DNA of 64,000 nucleotides from Candidatus Microsaccharimonas sp. (GTDB lineage Bacteria; Patescibacteriota; Saccharimonadia; Saccharimonadales; Saccharimonadaceae): NCBI GenBank assembly GCA_036569465.1, contig DATCQO010000014.1, positions 9,507 to 73,506 of the forward strand, read 5' to 3'. Shown piece by piece: positions 63,633 to 64,000 of this stretch (position 1 is its first letter; each line of letters starts with the position of its first letter). The notes under the pieces were generated by a model. It saw only the letters and a program-made list of their open reading frames with translations, ran no database searches and was not told where the DNA came from. The position numbers and the translations under genes were made by a program.

Positions 63633-64000
63633 TTTAACACAAGCATTATGGACATGCTTAAAGATTAATAACTAAAAGAATCGTCGTAATGTTTTGATGC
63701 AGCCTCACTTAGCTTTTCCAAATGTAAGCTTTGACCGCTCAATATCCACTCTGCTAAGCGTTCAAGATTAGTTACTTCTGCCCCACCATACATAAGCACG
63801 ATACGAAAGTATGGTGTTTTTGTTATTTATGCATATCATGTTAATATAATCTTGAACTGAGAGTAACTGTCCCGAGTTCTGAGAAGCGTCGCCTTCGGGC
63901 TGATGACAAAACGCTGAGAGCTTTGTCTGCAATATGACTAAAGGTTGCTGAACGTAACGTATAACACTGACTGTCGAAAGATAGGCTCTCCCTGATGCGG

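Noticed and set aside
63665-63793. 42-codon minus-strand ORF (MYGGAEVTNLERLAEWILSGQSLHLEKLSEAASKHYDDSFSY)
   Set aside because: No SD sequence or recognisable family, and it is below any reliable length. Noted only as a possibility.
63862-64000. Identification of the terminal structured region as RNase P RNA or a TPP riboswitch
   Set aside because: GUCGAAAGAUAGGCUCUCC only loosely resembles the RNase P CR-I GGAAAGUCCGGGCUCC. CUGAGA alone is insufficient for a THI element. No other conserved blocks are visible.
1-64000. CRISPR arrays, rRNA genes, prophage blocks
   Set aside because: No regularly spaced repeat-spacer arrays, no rRNA signature sequences and no capsid, terminase or portal-like ORFs were found on either strand.

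Overview
64-kb segment of a compact bacterial chromosome. The gene content points to a reduced-genome, Gram-positive-type lineage such as CPR/Patescibacteria (Saccharibacteria-like), but this taxonomic guess is inference only. It includes HrcA/CIRCE heat-shock genes, lepA-murJ-ftsH-tilS-bcp, rny, tsaB/tsaE, a pilBCMNO type IV pilus cluster with scattered pilins, recX-recA, ruvBA and ruvC, a lamin-tail-domain surface protein, several shortened versions of conserved proteins, and almost no biosynthesis. There are four canonical tRNAs (Pro-UGG and three CAU tRNAs including the initiator) and one aberrant class-II tRNA-like gene. I saw no rRNA, CRISPR array, integrase or intact transposase. Accessory content sits in two places. 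(i) 20.1-30.7 kb, next to tRNA-Pro: a 2322-aa Sec-type PA14/YD-repeat RHS polymorphic toxin with a PD-(D/E)xK-like C-terminal tip and a small downstream immunity candidate. These are bracketed by a duplicated tRNA-Pro 3' end plus hairpin, and followed by an AT-rich two-gene cassette (Hanks-type kinase + all-TPR protein) of unknown function. (ii) 58.8-63.7 kb: a mosaic of AT-rich and GC-rich orphan genes around tRNA genes, including a GC-rich actinobacterial-type secreted SGNH lipase. Also notable: hrcA-grpE-dnaK-dnaJ is split into three CIRCE-controlled pieces, with a GC-rich orphan islet in one break. An Lpd-like flavoprotein has lost both redox-active cysteines. A degenerate HUH/Y1 transposase-like gene sits inside the ruv locus.
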